Below the pieces are notes generated by a model. It was not told where the DNA came from, searched no databases, and saw only the letters and a program-made list of their open reading frames with translations. Source: an uncultured Gammaproteobacteria bacterium (GTDB lineage Bacteria; Patescibacteriota; Microgenomatia; Daviesbacterales; UBA10151). From it: 64,000 bases of DNA. The stretch lies in the NCBI GenBank assembly GCA_964422835.1, contig CAYRCR010000001.1:22030-86029 (forward strand), read 5' to 3'. Of the stretch, positions 17,684-28,447 are shown one piece after another. Each line of letters opens with the position of its first letter. Within the stretch, counting starts at the first letter, position 1. The position numbers and the translations under genes were made by a program.

Positions 17684-18700
17684 CTACTTCCCGGCTACTT
17701 TTTGGTAAACTTCTGCTGTTTGTTGGGCTGTTTTTTCCCAGGAAAATTTGGAAGCTTGGATTAGGCCATCTTTAACCATTTGTTCCCGTAATTGTACGTC
17801 CACTAAAACCATATTCAATTTTTTCTTAATATCCCCCACCTTTTCAGGATCAACATATTGAGCTGCGTTTCCTCCCACTTCAGGCATGGATGAAACATTT
17901 GATGTAATAACCGGGATACCACAAGCCATGGCTTCAAGAATAGGTAAGCCGAAACCTTCATAAAAAGACGGGTATAGTAAGACTCTGGCCGCGGCATAGA
18001 GAAGCGGTAACTGATCATAGGGCAGGTATGGTATCGTCTCACCGGCAATTACCAAGTTATAGTCCTTACATGCCTCTCTTACCCTATTCAAATTCCGCCT
18101 GTTGCCTATTCCGCCTATTGCCAAAATGAATTCATCCGGCAAATCCATCTTCTTTTTAAATTCTTCAACCATCCTTCCGTTTTGAGGCTTAAATTGTTCC
18201 CCGGCTGCCTCATAAATAACCGTAATTTTATTTTCCGGGATTTTGGAAACTTCCAGTAAATCTTTTTTTGTGGAATCGGATACTGCAATGACCATGTCAA
18301 TTTCCTTTTCCACCAATTTCAGTCTTCTCCTGTGTACCGCAACAATCTTGGGATGTGACCATCGGGGAAATTTTAGAGGCACGACATCATGATAGGTAGT
18401 GACTTTTTTAGCACTGGTTTTAGGCTGTATCCAATCGGAACTATGGAAGACATCAATATTACCAATAAAATTTTCTATGGGAAAAATCCGTAGTCTGTTG
18501 AATAAAAACTCCGAGATGGTAGGAGGAATTGGAACAGATTTAACATTAGGCAGTTTCCCATTGTAAGGTTTTCTGAGTGACGCATAAAAATAAATCATCT
18601 CCAGATCCTGAATTTTCTGCAGGCCACTTGTTAAATTTGCGGTATACGCAGAAACTCCACCGTGATAAGCTGTTTGCGAGATATCAAAACCTATTCTCAT
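17684..18700 (-). CDS. GT4 glycosyltransferase (MtfB/WbdB-like)
   Basis: MRIGFDIS, VTTYHDVVP and YPSFYEGFGLPILEAMACGIPV. ATG 18700 lies 7 nt after TGtTACAAT. Confidence 0.94.
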   Translation of the reverse strand: MRIGFDISQTAYHGGVSAYTANLTSGLQKIQDLEMIYFYASLRKPYNGKLPNVKSVPIPPTISEFLFNRLRIFPIENFIGNIDVFHSSDWIQPKTSAKKVTTYHDVVPLKFPRWSHPKIVAVHRRRLKLVEKEIDMVIAVSDSTKKDLLEVSKIPENKITVIYEAAGEQFKPQNGRMVEEFKKKMDLPDEFILAIGGIGNRRNLNRVREACKDYNLVIAGETIPYLPYDQLPLLYAAARVLLYPSFYEGFGLPILEAMACGIPVITSNVSSMPEVGGNAAQYVDPEKVGDIKKKLNMVLVDVQLREQMVKDGLIQASKFSWEKTAQQTAEVYQKVAGK

Positions 18701-18718
18701 ACTACCCATTGTAACAAA

Positions 18719-20248
18719 TTATTTACCTCCAAATGTAAAATTATAGTAGCCGAGCTCTGCAATCTTTTTTTCAGATAATGTTGACACCTTCTCCTTAAGT
18801 ACCATCAAGTTAGTTTCCTTCCCATCTTTTTTAACCCGCTCATACCTTCCAAAAAATTTCTCCAGTCCGAAGTAGCCATGCTCACACTTATCACAATAAA
18901 AATAAGTTGGAGGGCTTGCGGCGAAATTTGCCGTCAATGGGTTTCTTATTTCCGGCACTTTGCTCATCCAAGCATAATAATTGACCATTTTAGAATAATG
19001 CCCGATACCCGCTTGCCAGTAAAGCAACCATTCATCAGGTACCACAAATAATCTTTCCCCATCTTTTTTCATAATTTTGATTGCTCTACCAAAATCCTCT
19101 TGCCGGGAATAATTAATAAAAAAATCTTTGTTCGGGTCTTTTATTGTAAACAAATTTTGCTTAAGTTCAGAAAATTCCAAAATTAAAGTTATCAGTAGAA
19201 ATATTGATAAAAATAATTTATGGAATAATCCGGGATAATTTTTAATTAGCAAGAACGCGGTAATTAAACTTAAAAGTACAAGTGAGGAAAACCACGGTAA
19301 AATATGAAAACCGTTATATTCCTGAAGTCCCGGCTTGATAAAGCGCAAATTAACAAGGCCTAAAATAACAAAAATTAATAATGATATTTTCCATTCTTTT
19401 GTTCTAATTAAAATAAATGATGTAAAAATTAGGAATACAGAAAAAAATTGAATTATTTGTAAGGTAGCGCTTCTTCCCGCCCAAATTGTTAATGAAATAA
19501 AAGGAGCAAGAAAAGATTGCAAGGTACCTGAAAATCCATTGCTGAATTTCGGAATATAATATTTAAGGTTTAAATAAAATGCATTATAGAAATAATCCTG
19601 TATAGAAACAAACGGAATTATACTTAATAAAACCCCAAAAAATCCAGCTGAAAATAAAAATATTTCCTGTTTTTTAAAATTCCTGCTTTTAAAAAAAATA
19701 AGCCCAAGAGCTATTGCTGCCGGCCAAAGCGGGCTTAAAAGAAAAAAAATTAAAGAAAAAGACAAACCTAATAAGACAAATTCCAGTCTTAAAAGTGGCG
19801 GCTTTAGAAATATAAATGACAAAATATACACCAAAGGATAAACAACCAGAGATTCAGAGAGGAATAAATGCCCCAATAAAAATATTTTGATAGGCTCAAA
19901 AACCAGGGTAAATAAAAAAAGCGGCCAACCGAATCTGGCAACCAGGAGAATTGTCCAGGTAATTGCCCAGAAAAGCACTGCTTCTCTGTGTCTTTCAATT
20001 AACATAAACAAGTTTGGTGGAGTACTAATTTTTTGAACGCCGGCGCTAAAAATATAAGCCAGGGGTTGATGATGGGAAAATAAATCCTTGTATAATTTCT
20101 CTTTTTGAAGCAAATAATTCCCCAGTACAATATTGTCTTCCTCATCAACAAAATGAAAAGATAAGGCATGGTTTCTATAAAAGCCAAATAGGACAACTAA
20201 AAATAATGAGATCAAAAAAACCGGTATAAGGCGGTTACTGAATTTCAT
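18719..20248 (-). CDS. Putative GT-C membrane glycosyltransferase
   Basis: TM1 then HFVDEEDN...LYKDLFSHHQPL. Many TM helices and a C-terminal soluble domain. Confidence 0.75.
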   Translation of the reverse strand: MKFSNRLIPVFLISLFLVVLFGFYRNHALSFHFVDEEDNIVLGNYLLQKEKLYKDLFSHHQPLAYIFSAGVQKISTPPNLFMLIERHREAVLFWAITWTILLVARFGWPLFLFTLVFEPIKIFLLGHLFLSESLVVYPLVYILSFIFLKPPLLRLEFVLLGLSFSLIFFLLSPLWPAAIALGLIFFKSRNFKKQEIFLFSAGFFGVLLSIIPFVSIQDYFYNAFYLNLKYYIPKFSNGFSGTLQSFLAPFISLTIWAGRSATLQIIQFFSVFLIFTSFILIRTKEWKISLLIFVILGLVNLRFIKPGLQEYNGFHILPWFSSLVLLSLITAFLLIKNYPGLFHKLFLSIFLLITLILEFSELKQNLFTIKDPNKDFFINYSRQEDFGRAIKIMKKDGERLFVVPDEWLLYWQAGIGHYSKMVNYYAWMSKVPEIRNPLTANFAASPPTYFYCDKCEHGYFGLEKFFGRYERVKKDGKETNLMVLKEKVSTLSEKKIAELGYYNFTFGGK

Positions 20249-21635
20249 ATAATCTGATAAATCCCACTCCGTTAAAATTGTAGAGATTGGTCTGTTTATA
20301 CCCTAAGCTTTTTAATTTTTGATTAATTAATCTTTTGGGGTCTGTAATCTCCACCAAATAATCAAACAGGTAAACTTTTTTGCCCGTGATATCGGTCACA
20401 TCTTCAATTTCCCGAGCCTGAACTTTTTTTAAGCCCGGATGGGCGTCCTTTAAATCCTTGGCATAGTAAAGATAAGGAAACTTAACATGATTGTCTTCAA
20501 AAAGAACCAGTTTTGGGCCGGAAATATTATCCAAGAATCTTGCAACTGCCCGCCAATCTTCCCGCTGAAATACTGGGTTGGTGTAGTAAATAAAGAGTGA
20601 AATACTACTGATGGCCAATATGATTCCAATAGCAAGTCTCTGCCATAATCCCTTAAGCGACACACAACCTTTGGCCATCAAGAGATACAGGGCAGGCAAA
20701 ATATAAATCATCCGGAAATATGAAAGCATGGGAATATAAAATGAAATTAAAAATGCCAAAATTATTGGTACAAAAATCCATAACAGTAATAATTTTGTCT
20801 TATTGCCACCTTTCCTAAAACCTAAAAATAACAGTAGTCCATACACTACCCCCGCACCACTTGCCAGCAATCCATAAATAATTTTGTTATCAAAAGAAAT
20901 TCTACCTAAAATTGTTTTTATAAAAACCAAGGCCAGATTTTTAAAGTCCGCTCCGCCTGCCACTTTTTTCCAGCCCGGTAAATCAATTGAGGCTTTAATC
21001 CCAACTGCAATTTGCCCCGGCAAGACCAAAACCCATGGCAGAAATAATAGTACGGAGATCAAATGGGCCATCATCCACTTCCCAATCCTGCTCCTTTCGT
21101 AAAGTAGCAGGAAAACAAATTGGGACGGGATAACCAGATATGTCACATAATCCGAGTAGAGAACAAGAGCTGTTGATAGCCCCAATCCCAAAAAAGACCA
21201 TTTCTCCTTATTAAGTACTTTGATGAAATAATAAAAAGATAAAACGGCAGCAAAGGCAGACAAGGAATACATTCTTGCTTCTTGAGAATAATAAACATGC
21301 AGCGGGGCTACAGCTAAAAACAAGGAACCAATCTGTGCCACCTTATTATTAAATAATTTTTTCCCGATCAAATAAGTTAAACAGATTGTGCCAAACCCCA
21401 AAATAACCGACAAAAGACGGACATTTATTTCTCCAAATCCGAAAAGATGTCCCCAAATCCAAAGTAAAATAAAGTACCCAGGCGGATGAAAATCACCAAG
21501 CGGATATTTTGATATAAACGAGATAAAATCCAAACCCCTGGCAGCAACAACATTATCAGCCTCATCAAGCCAAAATGATTGATTAAGGGTAATTAACCTC
21601 AAAACAAATCCTAGTGCCAGTATTAAAAAAATCAT
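20235..21635 (-). CDS. GT-C (PMT_2/ArnT-like) membrane glycosyltransferase
   Basis: QSFWLDEA, DFHPPGYF, YYSQEARMYSL and REDWRAVA. Confidence 0.9.
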   Translation of the reverse strand: MIFLILALGFVLRLITLNQSFWLDEADNVVAARGLDFISFISKYPLGDFHPPGYFILLWIWGHLFGFGEINVRLLSVILGFGTICLTYLIGKKLFNNKVAQIGSLFLAVAPLHVYYSQEARMYSLSAFAAVLSFYYFIKVLNKEKWSFLGLGLSTALVLYSDYVTYLVIPSQFVFLLLYERSRIGKWMMAHLISVLLFLPWVLVLPGQIAVGIKASIDLPGWKKVAGGADFKNLALVFIKTILGRISFDNKIIYGLLASGAGVVYGLLLFLGFRKGGNKTKLLLLWIFVPIILAFLISFYIPMLSYFRMIYILPALYLLMAKGCVSLKGLWQRLAIGIILAISSISLFIYYTNPVFQREDWRAVARFLDNISGPKLVLFEDNHVKFPYLYYAKDLKDAHPGLKKVQAREIEDVTDITGKKVYLFDYLVEITDPKRLINQKLKSLGYKQTNLYNFNGVGFIRLYEIQ

Positions 21636-22486
21636 TTATATTTTTGCTCTCCCGAAAATGATTTAAGCAGTGATATTTCAATAGCAAAATCGTAAATAAA
21701 TTTGAAAATTATATATTCCGGCAAGGAATGCTGTATTGCCTTTATCAAGCCATTGGCCAGGGAAAAAACAGGATTATACCTGATTAAAGAAATTATCTTC
21801 ATTGCGGTTTCATTTTTAATTTTCCTCCTTTTATATTCGCTTTTGCCAATCCACCGGGCCTGTTTGTATATTTCAGACAAACTCCCGGGGTTTTGATGGT
21901 AAAAAATTGCCCCGGGTGAAGCTGATGCCAAAACTCCCAGTTTTTCTGAAACCGTATAGTCATCAATGTAACCAATTGGTTTAAATCCCCCAGCTTTTTC
22001 AAACTCTTTCTTTATGATTGCCCTAAAAACAGGCTGGGTATCTGGATAGTTTTTAGGGTGCATCCGGTCGATGGGAAGATTTTTATTGATATTCCAGCAA
22101 TTACTCCAAATATTATCTTTATTTAAAACAAATTCTTCTTTGGAAAATGTGCCAATGGTTTTTCCATCAATAATTGGCGTAGTTAATTTCTTAATAAACT
22201 CTTTATCGAAAACCATATCAGCATCGACAAAAACTAAAATTTTACCGGTAGCATTTTTTACCCCCAGATTTCTTGCCATACCAGCTCCTTCATGATTCTG
22301 ATCTAAAATTTTGAACTTTGAACTTTGCATTTTAAATTTAGACAAAACATCAAATGTTTTATCTGTTGACCCATCATCTACTACAATAATTTCCAAGTCT
22401 TTAAAACTTTGATTTTGCAGCGACTGCAGACAAGCGGCAATTGAGGCTTGTTCGTTGTATGCAGGAATTATGACCGATACTTTCAT
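21632..22486 (-). CDS. GT2 glycosyltransferase
   Basis: VSVIIPAYNE, IIVVDDGSTDKT, ARNLG and FVDADM. Confidence 0.93.
   Translation of the reverse strand: MKVSVIIPAYNEQASIAACLQSLQNQSFKDLEIIVVDDGSTDKTFDVLSKFKMQSSKFKILDQNHEGAGMARNLGVKNATGKILVFVDADMVFDKEFIKKLTTPIIDGKTIGTFSKEEFVLNKDNIWSNCWNINKNLPIDRMHPKNYPDTQPVFRAIIKKEFEKAGGFKPIGYIDDYTVSEKLGVLASASPGAIFYHQNPGSLSEIYKQARWIGKSEYKRRKIKNETAMKIISLIRYNPVFSLANGLIKAIQHSLPEYIIFKFIYDFAIEISLLKSFSGEQKYK
22309..22343. repeat. Degenerate 7-nt tandem repeat inside a GT2 gene
   Basis: TTTTGAA CTTTGAA CTTTGCA TTTTAAA TTTAGAC, encoding SKFKMQSSKFK. Confidence 0.6.
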
Positions 22487-23442
22487 ACAAGCTCCTTAAA
22501 AAGTTTTTCATATAATACTGCTGCATTATCCCAGGAAAAATTCTCGGCTTGTTTTCTCGGAGTATCACCCCATTTCTTAGATAATACCTCACCTATCGCC
22601 GCAGCATATTTTTCCGCATCAGGAGTGTCTACCAATATTCCACCATCACCCACAATTTCACGTCTTGCCAAATCATCAGGGGCCACTACAGGTAGATTAG
22701 ATGCCATTGCCTCAAGGTAAACAATTCCAAAAGCTTCCCTGTCCCAGGAAGGTAGAACAAAAAGATCAGCCGACCGGTAATATTTCGGTATTTTTTCAAA
22801 AGTAATACTTAGAATTTTAAATCTGTCCTTACCGAGCAATGAATTGCCCATTTCCTCCAGTTCTTTTTTCTTTGGACCCGCTCCGATAATAACCAAGGAT
22901 CCGGTTTTAATTTTGGCCATGGCCTTAATAGTTCTCTCATGATGTTTATACCAATCCAGCGCCCCTACGCTTAAAATTATGGGGCCCGGGAGATTAAAGT
23001 TAACTCTTCCTCCCTTAGGATTAAATTTTTCCAAATTAACGCCATTGGGAATTTTTACAATTTTTGTTTTCCATGCCCACTTTCTTGCCCATCTCATCTC
23101 ATAATCCGTTAGGGCCACGTAAATATTAGGGACTGTTATGGCAATGTTCCAAATATCATCACGTCCTACTCCGGATTGGCCGGATATTAAAGTTTTGTAT
23201 TTTCCAGGAACTCTTCCCAAGCTTGCCATCAAAGCCTGTGTCCTGCCGTTTGTGGGGATTACCCAATCATAACCACCACTAACTATTTTTTTAAGAGAAC
23301 CACTGTCTTTACCGGCCAAAATGTCAACTTGAAACTTTTGGGCCAGTCTTTTGGAAAGCTCCAGAACATATGTTTCAGCACCCCGGTCAACTTTTCCGAT
23401 AAACTCACTCAAAAATACTATCTTCAATTTTTTCTGATCCAT
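22483..23442 (-). CDS. GT4 glycosyltransferase
   Basis: DRGAET, IPNGVNLEKF and LPSWDREAFGIVYLEAMASNLPVV. Confidence 0.92.
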   Translation of the reverse strand: MDQKKLKIVFLSEFIGKVDRGAETYVLELSKRLAQKFQVDILAGKDSGSLKKIVSGGYDWVIPTNGRTQALMASLGRVPGKYKTLISGQSGVGRDDIWNIAITVPNIYVALTDYEMRWARKWAWKTKIVKIPNGVNLEKFNPKGGRVNFNLPGPIILSVGALDWYKHHERTIKAMAKIKTGSLVIIGAGPKKKELEEMGNSLLGKDRFKILSITFEKIPKYYRSADLFVLPSWDREAFGIVYLEAMASNLPVVAPDDLARREIVGDGGILVDTPDAEKYAAAIGEVLSKKWGDTPRKQAENFSWDNAAVLYEKLFKELV

Positions 23443-24812
23443 ATTTCAACTCCCTCTCCTATCTTACCTTCTTTTTTGTAATTTAGGAAAATATAATCCA
23501 TAATCTTCTTTGGTTGATAAGTGCCTAAGCCATACCAATTACCCTCTGATGGAATCCTCCTGAAAACAAATTTTGGTGGATTTTGTTTTAGCCCCTCCAA
23601 GACCCAATCCTGGACTCCGGGTATTTCCAGGTACCAGCCAAAATTATCACTCCAATTTTTTGGGGGAAGTGTTTTGGTAAAGATATATCCTGATGAATCC
23701 AGTCCAAGAAAAAACACTTTCTCTCCCGGCTTTATAAGATCTGAAATTTGACGGGCCAGCCCTCTTTCATAACTTCCATAAAATCTTATTCCACCGCCAA
23801 TTTGTGAGGGAAAAAGAAATACAGATAATGAAATTACCACAAAAAACATTAAAGTAATATAAAAAACTCTGAATTTTTTATCTAAGCCGTTAAAAATTAT
23901 TGCACTTACAATAATTAAAAATGCTAAAACAGGTTGGAGATGAAAAAATGAAAATCTTGGGTATACAGCAATCAGAGCAGAGATCAAAAACGCCAGACTC
24001 ATCCAGAATAACTTATTAAGAAGTGGTTTTATAAAATTAAGAAGAATTCCTGATATTGGCAAAAAGAGTAAGACCATTACCAAAAAATATTTTTTGGAAA
24101 TTGCAAAATTTACATAGCCCGGAAATTTTGACCACTCAAAAAGCGGATAAATTATTGTCCAATTCCAAAATTCCACAAACGAGCCGGTCAGTAAAAGAAA
24201 TAGTAGAAGAGGCAATAAAATAATTATTATTCCTGATAATATTACGACGACCTCACCGGGAATAATTTTTCTTCTTTGTGTAAGATAGTAGAGAATGAAA
24301 AAGGCAAGGTAGATAATTGCCACTTGTTTAATTACAACCGCAATTGAAATACAAAATACGGTCAAAAATAAATCCCGTTTATAGTTTTTCAAAAGCCATT
24401 TTTGGGCAAAAAGGAAACCACCCAAAACTGGAAGGACTGTTGCAAAATCAAACCACAACATATTCCCATCCAAAAAACTTTGTAAAATTATAAATAAGCC
24501 CGTAAAAAATATAGATACTCCGGCTTTTTTTATTGCCTGCTCAAGGTTTAGGAAAACTAATAAATCAGTTAGAAGTACCAGAACCCAGGTAAATATAACC
24601 AGCGCCTGTGGGTTAAATCCAAGAAGTTTAAAAATACCACTTAATACTAAAACCAGACCTGGCGGGTATGGCATTATAAAATCCCGGTAAAGGGCAAAAC
24701 CGTTTGAAAAAAGATACGGATAGGAAAGCATTTCCGGCCAGGCAGTAAAAGTTAACCTGCTCAAAATAAAAAGGTGCAAGCCAAGTATTGCCAGTAAAAA
24801 TACTTTTTTCAT
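23424..24812 (-). CDS. Putative GT-C membrane glycosyltransferase
   Basis: TM1 then WPEM...LYRDFIMPYPPG, AVVIKQ and RFSFFHLQP. Polytopic plus C-terminal domain, with architecture like 18719..20248. Confidence 0.72.
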   Translation of the reverse strand: MKKVFLLAILGLHLFILSRLTFTAWPEMLSYPYLFSNGFALYRDFIMPYPPGLVLVLSGIFKLLGFNPQALVIFTWVLVLLTDLLVFLNLEQAIKKAGVSIFFTGLFIILQSFLDGNMLWFDFATVLPVLGGFLFAQKWLLKNYKRDLFLTVFCISIAVVIKQVAIIYLAFFILYYLTQRRKIIPGEVVVILSGIIIILLPLLLFLLLTGSFVEFWNWTIIYPLFEWSKFPGYVNFAISKKYFLVMVLLFLPISGILLNFIKPLLNKLFWMSLAFLISALIAVYPRFSFFHLQPVLAFLIIVSAIIFNGLDKKFRVFYITLMFFVVISLSVFLFPSQIGGGIRFYGSYERGLARQISDLIKPGEKVFFLGLDSSGYIFTKTLPPKNWSDNFGWYLEIPGVQDWVLEGLKQNPPKFVFRRIPSEGNWYGLGTYQPKKIMDYIFLNYKKEGKIGEGVEIWIRKN

Positions 24813-25627
24813 TTTGTTACCTTTTTAGAAATTACAGTCAATCCGTCCCCACGGTTTAATTTGGAAAAAATGAACGTTGGCAGCAAGGTAAAAAAATTAG
24901 TAAAAAAACGTTTCTTAAATCCGGTGAATGATTGCCACAATTCGCTCAAGGGGCTGCCGTAATCCCAAATTCCGGACACCATTTCAAAATAACAAGGTTT
25001 AAAACCGGTATTTTTTAACAGTATTTCCAGCGATTTTTGGGTAAAATGCCAGAGATGCTCATGTGGCAAAAGAAACGGCCATTTTGGCCCAAAAAGCTTA
25101 GCCGAAAAACCTCCAAAATTCGGGACATCAATAAAAAGATACCCTTCATTTGCCAATAATAAATTTGCCTTTTTTAATACATCCCGCGGAGAAACCATAT
25201 GCTCAAGTGTATGGTTTATGATAATTAAATCAAATGTTCTTTGGGGCAGTTGAGCTATATCAAAAGATGTATTAAGTGTAGGGATACCGGATTTTCTGGC
25301 AAAATCAGCCGACCGTGCAGAAACTTCTATCCCCAGTACATCCCACCCATCTTTCTTCAAAAGTGATAACAAAATGCCTGTTGAAGAACCAATTTCCAGC
25401 ACTTTACCGGGAGGAAGTTTTAACTTATTTATCAAATCAACTCTTCTTTGGAATATATTCTTAAACTGTTCCCTCTCTTTTATGTATACCTCATCACGAT
25501 GATAATCCCGATCAATCTTCAAACCATACGTTATCCCCAATCCGCATTTATTGCATTTTAAGATTTTGACATTTTTTTCTTGGTAAAAAATTTTAGTATT
25601 TTTTTGGCAAACCAGGCACTTTTTCAT
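24809..25627 (-). CDS. Class I SAM-dependent methyltransferase with N-terminal CxxC...CxxC
   Basis: CLVC...CNKCG, VLEIGSSTG, FDLIIINHTLEH and FIDVPN...HEHLWHF. Confidence 0.9.
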   Translation of the reverse strand: MKKCLVCQKNTKIFYQEKNVKILKCNKCGLGITYGLKIDRDYHRDEVYIKEREQFKNIFQRRVDLINKLKLPPGKVLEIGSSTGILLSLLKKDGWDVLGIEVSARSADFARKSGIPTLNTSFDIAQLPQRTFDLIIINHTLEHMVSPRDVLKKANLLLANEGYLFIDVPNFGGFSAKLFGPKWPFLLPHEHLWHFTQKSLEILLKNTGFKPCYFEMVSGIWDYGSPLSELWQSFTGFKKRFFTNFFTLLPTFIFSKLNRGDGLTVISKKVTK

Positions 25628-28290
25628 GAGCTTTTCCTTTTGTGAAACAATTTTACAAGTATTACAAAAAAGATAATAAAGAAAGAGATAACAGACAACA
25701 GAATTGCCGGGATAATTTGTTTTTGTGGCACAAAAATTAAGTCAAAATTCCTTGGAGTGTTTTTCAGGTAAAAACCATTTATCATTTCATAAAACGGAAA
25801 GTGAGGGCTGCTCTCAAATTCCGAAATTCCCCATTCTTTATTATAACGGTCGGAAAAAACCAGCCATCTGGCTTCAGGGGGCATTTTTAAAATTTTATAT
25901 CGGGTGGGGTCCACTTGCATAAAGTTAACCGGTATAAAGTTTTGATCAAGTCTGCTGCTCAAATCCCCCAAATCTTTTTCCCCCGATATTTGCAGAATCT
26001 GGAAATGACCCATAATCTGGGCCGTTGTTTTAGCAGCCCGGTTAAAATCACTTTCTGAAATTACAGCAATAGTATTTAGCATATTAAAACCACCCTGGTT
26101 TTGAATTAAAACATCTGTTTGTCCCTCTTTAAACAGTTGAGGTCCAATTATTTCCCAGTGAAAATTTCCTTCCTGATTGACTGGGATAACTTTTTCCTGG
26201 CCGGAGAATCTAATTTTTAAACTATCACCTCCGGCATTAAGATGACGGATTGCTAAATAGTAATTGCCATCTTGAGGAATATTCAGATTAAACTCAATTT
26301 TTTCACCGTTTATTGTTGAGAACGCCACTCCTTTGCCAAAATCAAACTCGAAGTTTTTAATATCCTGCTTCAATAAATCATACTTCCACTTTAGATACTC
26401 CCCCTTTCCCCTGATCTGCCACTCATTCAATACCGCACTTGATGGTGGTACAAATAATCCGGCGAGTGTTGACATCATTAAGTCCTGCTGGCTTTTATTA
26501 ATAAAAATCAAGTCGGCATCACCCGAATCGATAGCCAGTAAACCCTCTGAATTAATTTTGCCATCCTCTAAAAAGACAAATGCATTATTCGAAAGATTAA
26601 ACTGCTTACCGGTAAACAGGTAATAATAAATTTCTTCGCCACCCACCACTAAAAATATTTTCTTTTGGGCAAAAATATGGGGCTGGGGATTTACTATTTC
26701 AAAAGCAGGAAAAGAAACCGGTAAGGAAGACTTCTTTAACCCGCTATTACCTTCAATAAACCGAATGCGTTCCTCCTGACTTTTAATGTCTTCAAAAGTC
26801 AAAGTCTTTTTTCTTTCATTACCGGGAAAAAACACATATTTTATTCCCAATAAACTCCACCATTGATCAATCTGTGAATTTCTGACAAACTGGAATAAAT
26901 CATATTGACCGGAAATTAGCGAGGCAAACGGTCTTTCCTGGTACAAAGTATTGGCCGATATAGCAGGTCTTTGCCGATCCGCAAATCCCAAAGGAGGTTT
27001 TTCTTCAAACCAAAGGGTTCTAAAAAAGTTATCATCCTTTTGCAGGAACGAATATAGATTTGAAAAATCATTACTCTGAATATTCTTACCTAAAACTCCC
27101 GTTAAACTGCCTGACAAAGCGGGATTGATGAGCAAAAGTAGATACAGATAAGTAGGAACCATTACCCAAAGCACCCGTTTCTTGAGTAATTTCTTCAATT
27201 CCCCAACAGTTAAAGCAAACATTACCCCGGCAATAAGAAGCAGCGGGATAAAAAATTTGGATGAATCCCGGAAAGCTACTCCGAAAGGAAGTTTATTAAT
27301 AGAAAAAGTGTAGATTTCACCAAAGGGTGGGCTTCCACCTTTACTTAAAAAAGCGAAGATTAAAAAAAGTAAAGCTAGAGTAAGCAAAAGTGTATTCTTA
27401 CTTTTTGAAATAATCAGTCCCCCAAAAATTAGTACCGGTAGCAACGCAAAATAAAAAGGTAAGGAAGCAAGTTTTCCAAATTCATTTAACGGAAAATGTG
27501 GTTGAAAAAGAAAGATACTATTAATTAAATTAATGAAGTTGTTATCCTCTAAAACCCCTTCTACACCTGAAACTGCATCTTTGTAATTTGAAGCAAACGG
27601 GAGGATCCAATAAAAGCTAAGCACCGTGACCGAAAATAACATTATCAGAAAATTGATTATTCTTTTTCTCAAATTAGGCTGCTGTATCTGCCAAAAAATT
27701 ATGAACAATACCGCAATTATAGCCACACGCAAATCCACGTTTACAATTGCAAACAAAGAGATGAGCGCCGGGAAATAGTTTTTGATACTGGTCTTATCCA
27801 AATAATTCATTGACAACGTCACTGCCAGCGGGAACAAGCCGTACGATAAAGCCACTCCAATTTGACCTCCATCAACAAGGGTTAAAAAATAGGTATTAAA
27901 CCCGTATAAGAAAGTGCCAAAAAATCTTCCCGGCAGGCTCCTTGTAAACCTACCAATAAACAACCAGGAGCCAACTATTGCCAGAATAACGGACGGGAAA
28001 TAAAAAATAATTCTCACCAGAATATCATTTCCAAAACTCAAAAAATGATTTAATAAGCCGTATAAAAAGGTAGGCAAATATAACCAAAGAACACTAAACT
28101 GGGGGGCACCTAAATTGTCGTTCCTGAAATTCCATACATAAGGCAAATTAAAGAGCTCTTTAAGGTTTTCCGGATAAAAAAAGGGAGCATCTCCCCATGC
28201 AAGACTTCCCCCCATAAAAAGGGATCTGAAAACGAAAATAGATGGAAGAAAAAAAGCCAGAAAAATTAATAATTTTTTAACCTTTTCCAT
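25624..28290 (-). CDS. Large AftD/YfhO-like GT-C membrane protein with external CBM-like domain
   Basis: 888 aa with WGDAPF after TM1, FYWILP, AFRDSSKF, LLGIKYV, a beta-sandwich segment (IEFNLNIPQDGNYYLAIR), a YfhO-like tail (LVFSDRYNKEW...INGF) and a C-terminal TM. Confidence 0.75.
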   Translation of the reverse strand: MEKVKKLLIFLAFFLPSIFVFRSLFMGGSLAWGDAPFFYPENLKELFNLPYVWNFRNDNLGAPQFSVLWLYLPTFLYGLLNHFLSFGNDILVRIIFYFPSVILAIVGSWLFIGRFTRSLPGRFFGTFLYGFNTYFLTLVDGGQIGVALSYGLFPLAVTLSMNYLDKTSIKNYFPALISLFAIVNVDLRVAIIAVLFIIFWQIQQPNLRKRIINFLIMLFSVTVLSFYWILPFASNYKDAVSGVEGVLEDNNFINLINSIFLFQPHFPLNEFGKLASLPFYFALLPVLIFGGLIISKSKNTLLLTLALLFLIFAFLSKGGSPPFGEIYTFSINKLPFGVAFRDSSKFFIPLLLIAGVMFALTVGELKKLLKKRVLWVMVPTYLYLLLLINPALSGSLTGVLGKNIQSNDFSNLYSFLQKDDNFFRTLWFEEKPPLGFADRQRPAISANTLYQERPFASLISGQYDLFQFVRNSQIDQWWSLLGIKYVFFPGNERKKTLTFEDIKSQEERIRFIEGNSGLKKSSLPVSFPAFEIVNPQPHIFAQKKIFLVVGGEEIYYYLFTGKQFNLSNNAFVFLEDGKINSEGLLAIDSGDADLIFINKSQQDLMMSTLAGLFVPPSSAVLNEWQIRGKGEYLKWKYDLLKQDIKNFEFDFGKGVAFSTINGEKIEFNLNIPQDGNYYLAIRHLNAGGDSLKIRFSGQEKVIPVNQEGNFHWEIIGPQLFKEGQTDVLIQNQGGFNMLNTIAVISESDFNRAAKTTAQIMGHFQILQISGEKDLGDLSSRLDQNFIPVNFMQVDPTRYKILKMPPEARWLVFSDRYNKEWGISEFESSPHFPFYEMINGFYLKNTPRNFDLIFVPQKQIIPAILLSVISFFIIFFVILVKLFHKRKSS

Positions 28291-28447
28291 GAGAAATAAA
28301 TTTATAAATTGTAGCTACTAACATTATCAGATATGAAGCAGTTATAACCTTCAATGCCAAGCCTTCATGTTGTGCGACAAGGAGGAGGGAAGCTATAATA
28401 AACCCTAACAGCGGCAACCCAAATAAAACAAATTCTTTACGTATCAC
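28277..28447 (-). CDS. Small 2-TM membrane protein
   Basis: GTG 28447 overlaps the upstream gene's end and the stop overlaps the next start. About 56 aa forming a hydrophobic hairpin. Confidence 0.55.
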   Translation of the reverse strand: MIRKEFVLFGLPLLGFIIASLLLVAQHEGLALKVITASYLIMLVATIYKFISHGKG

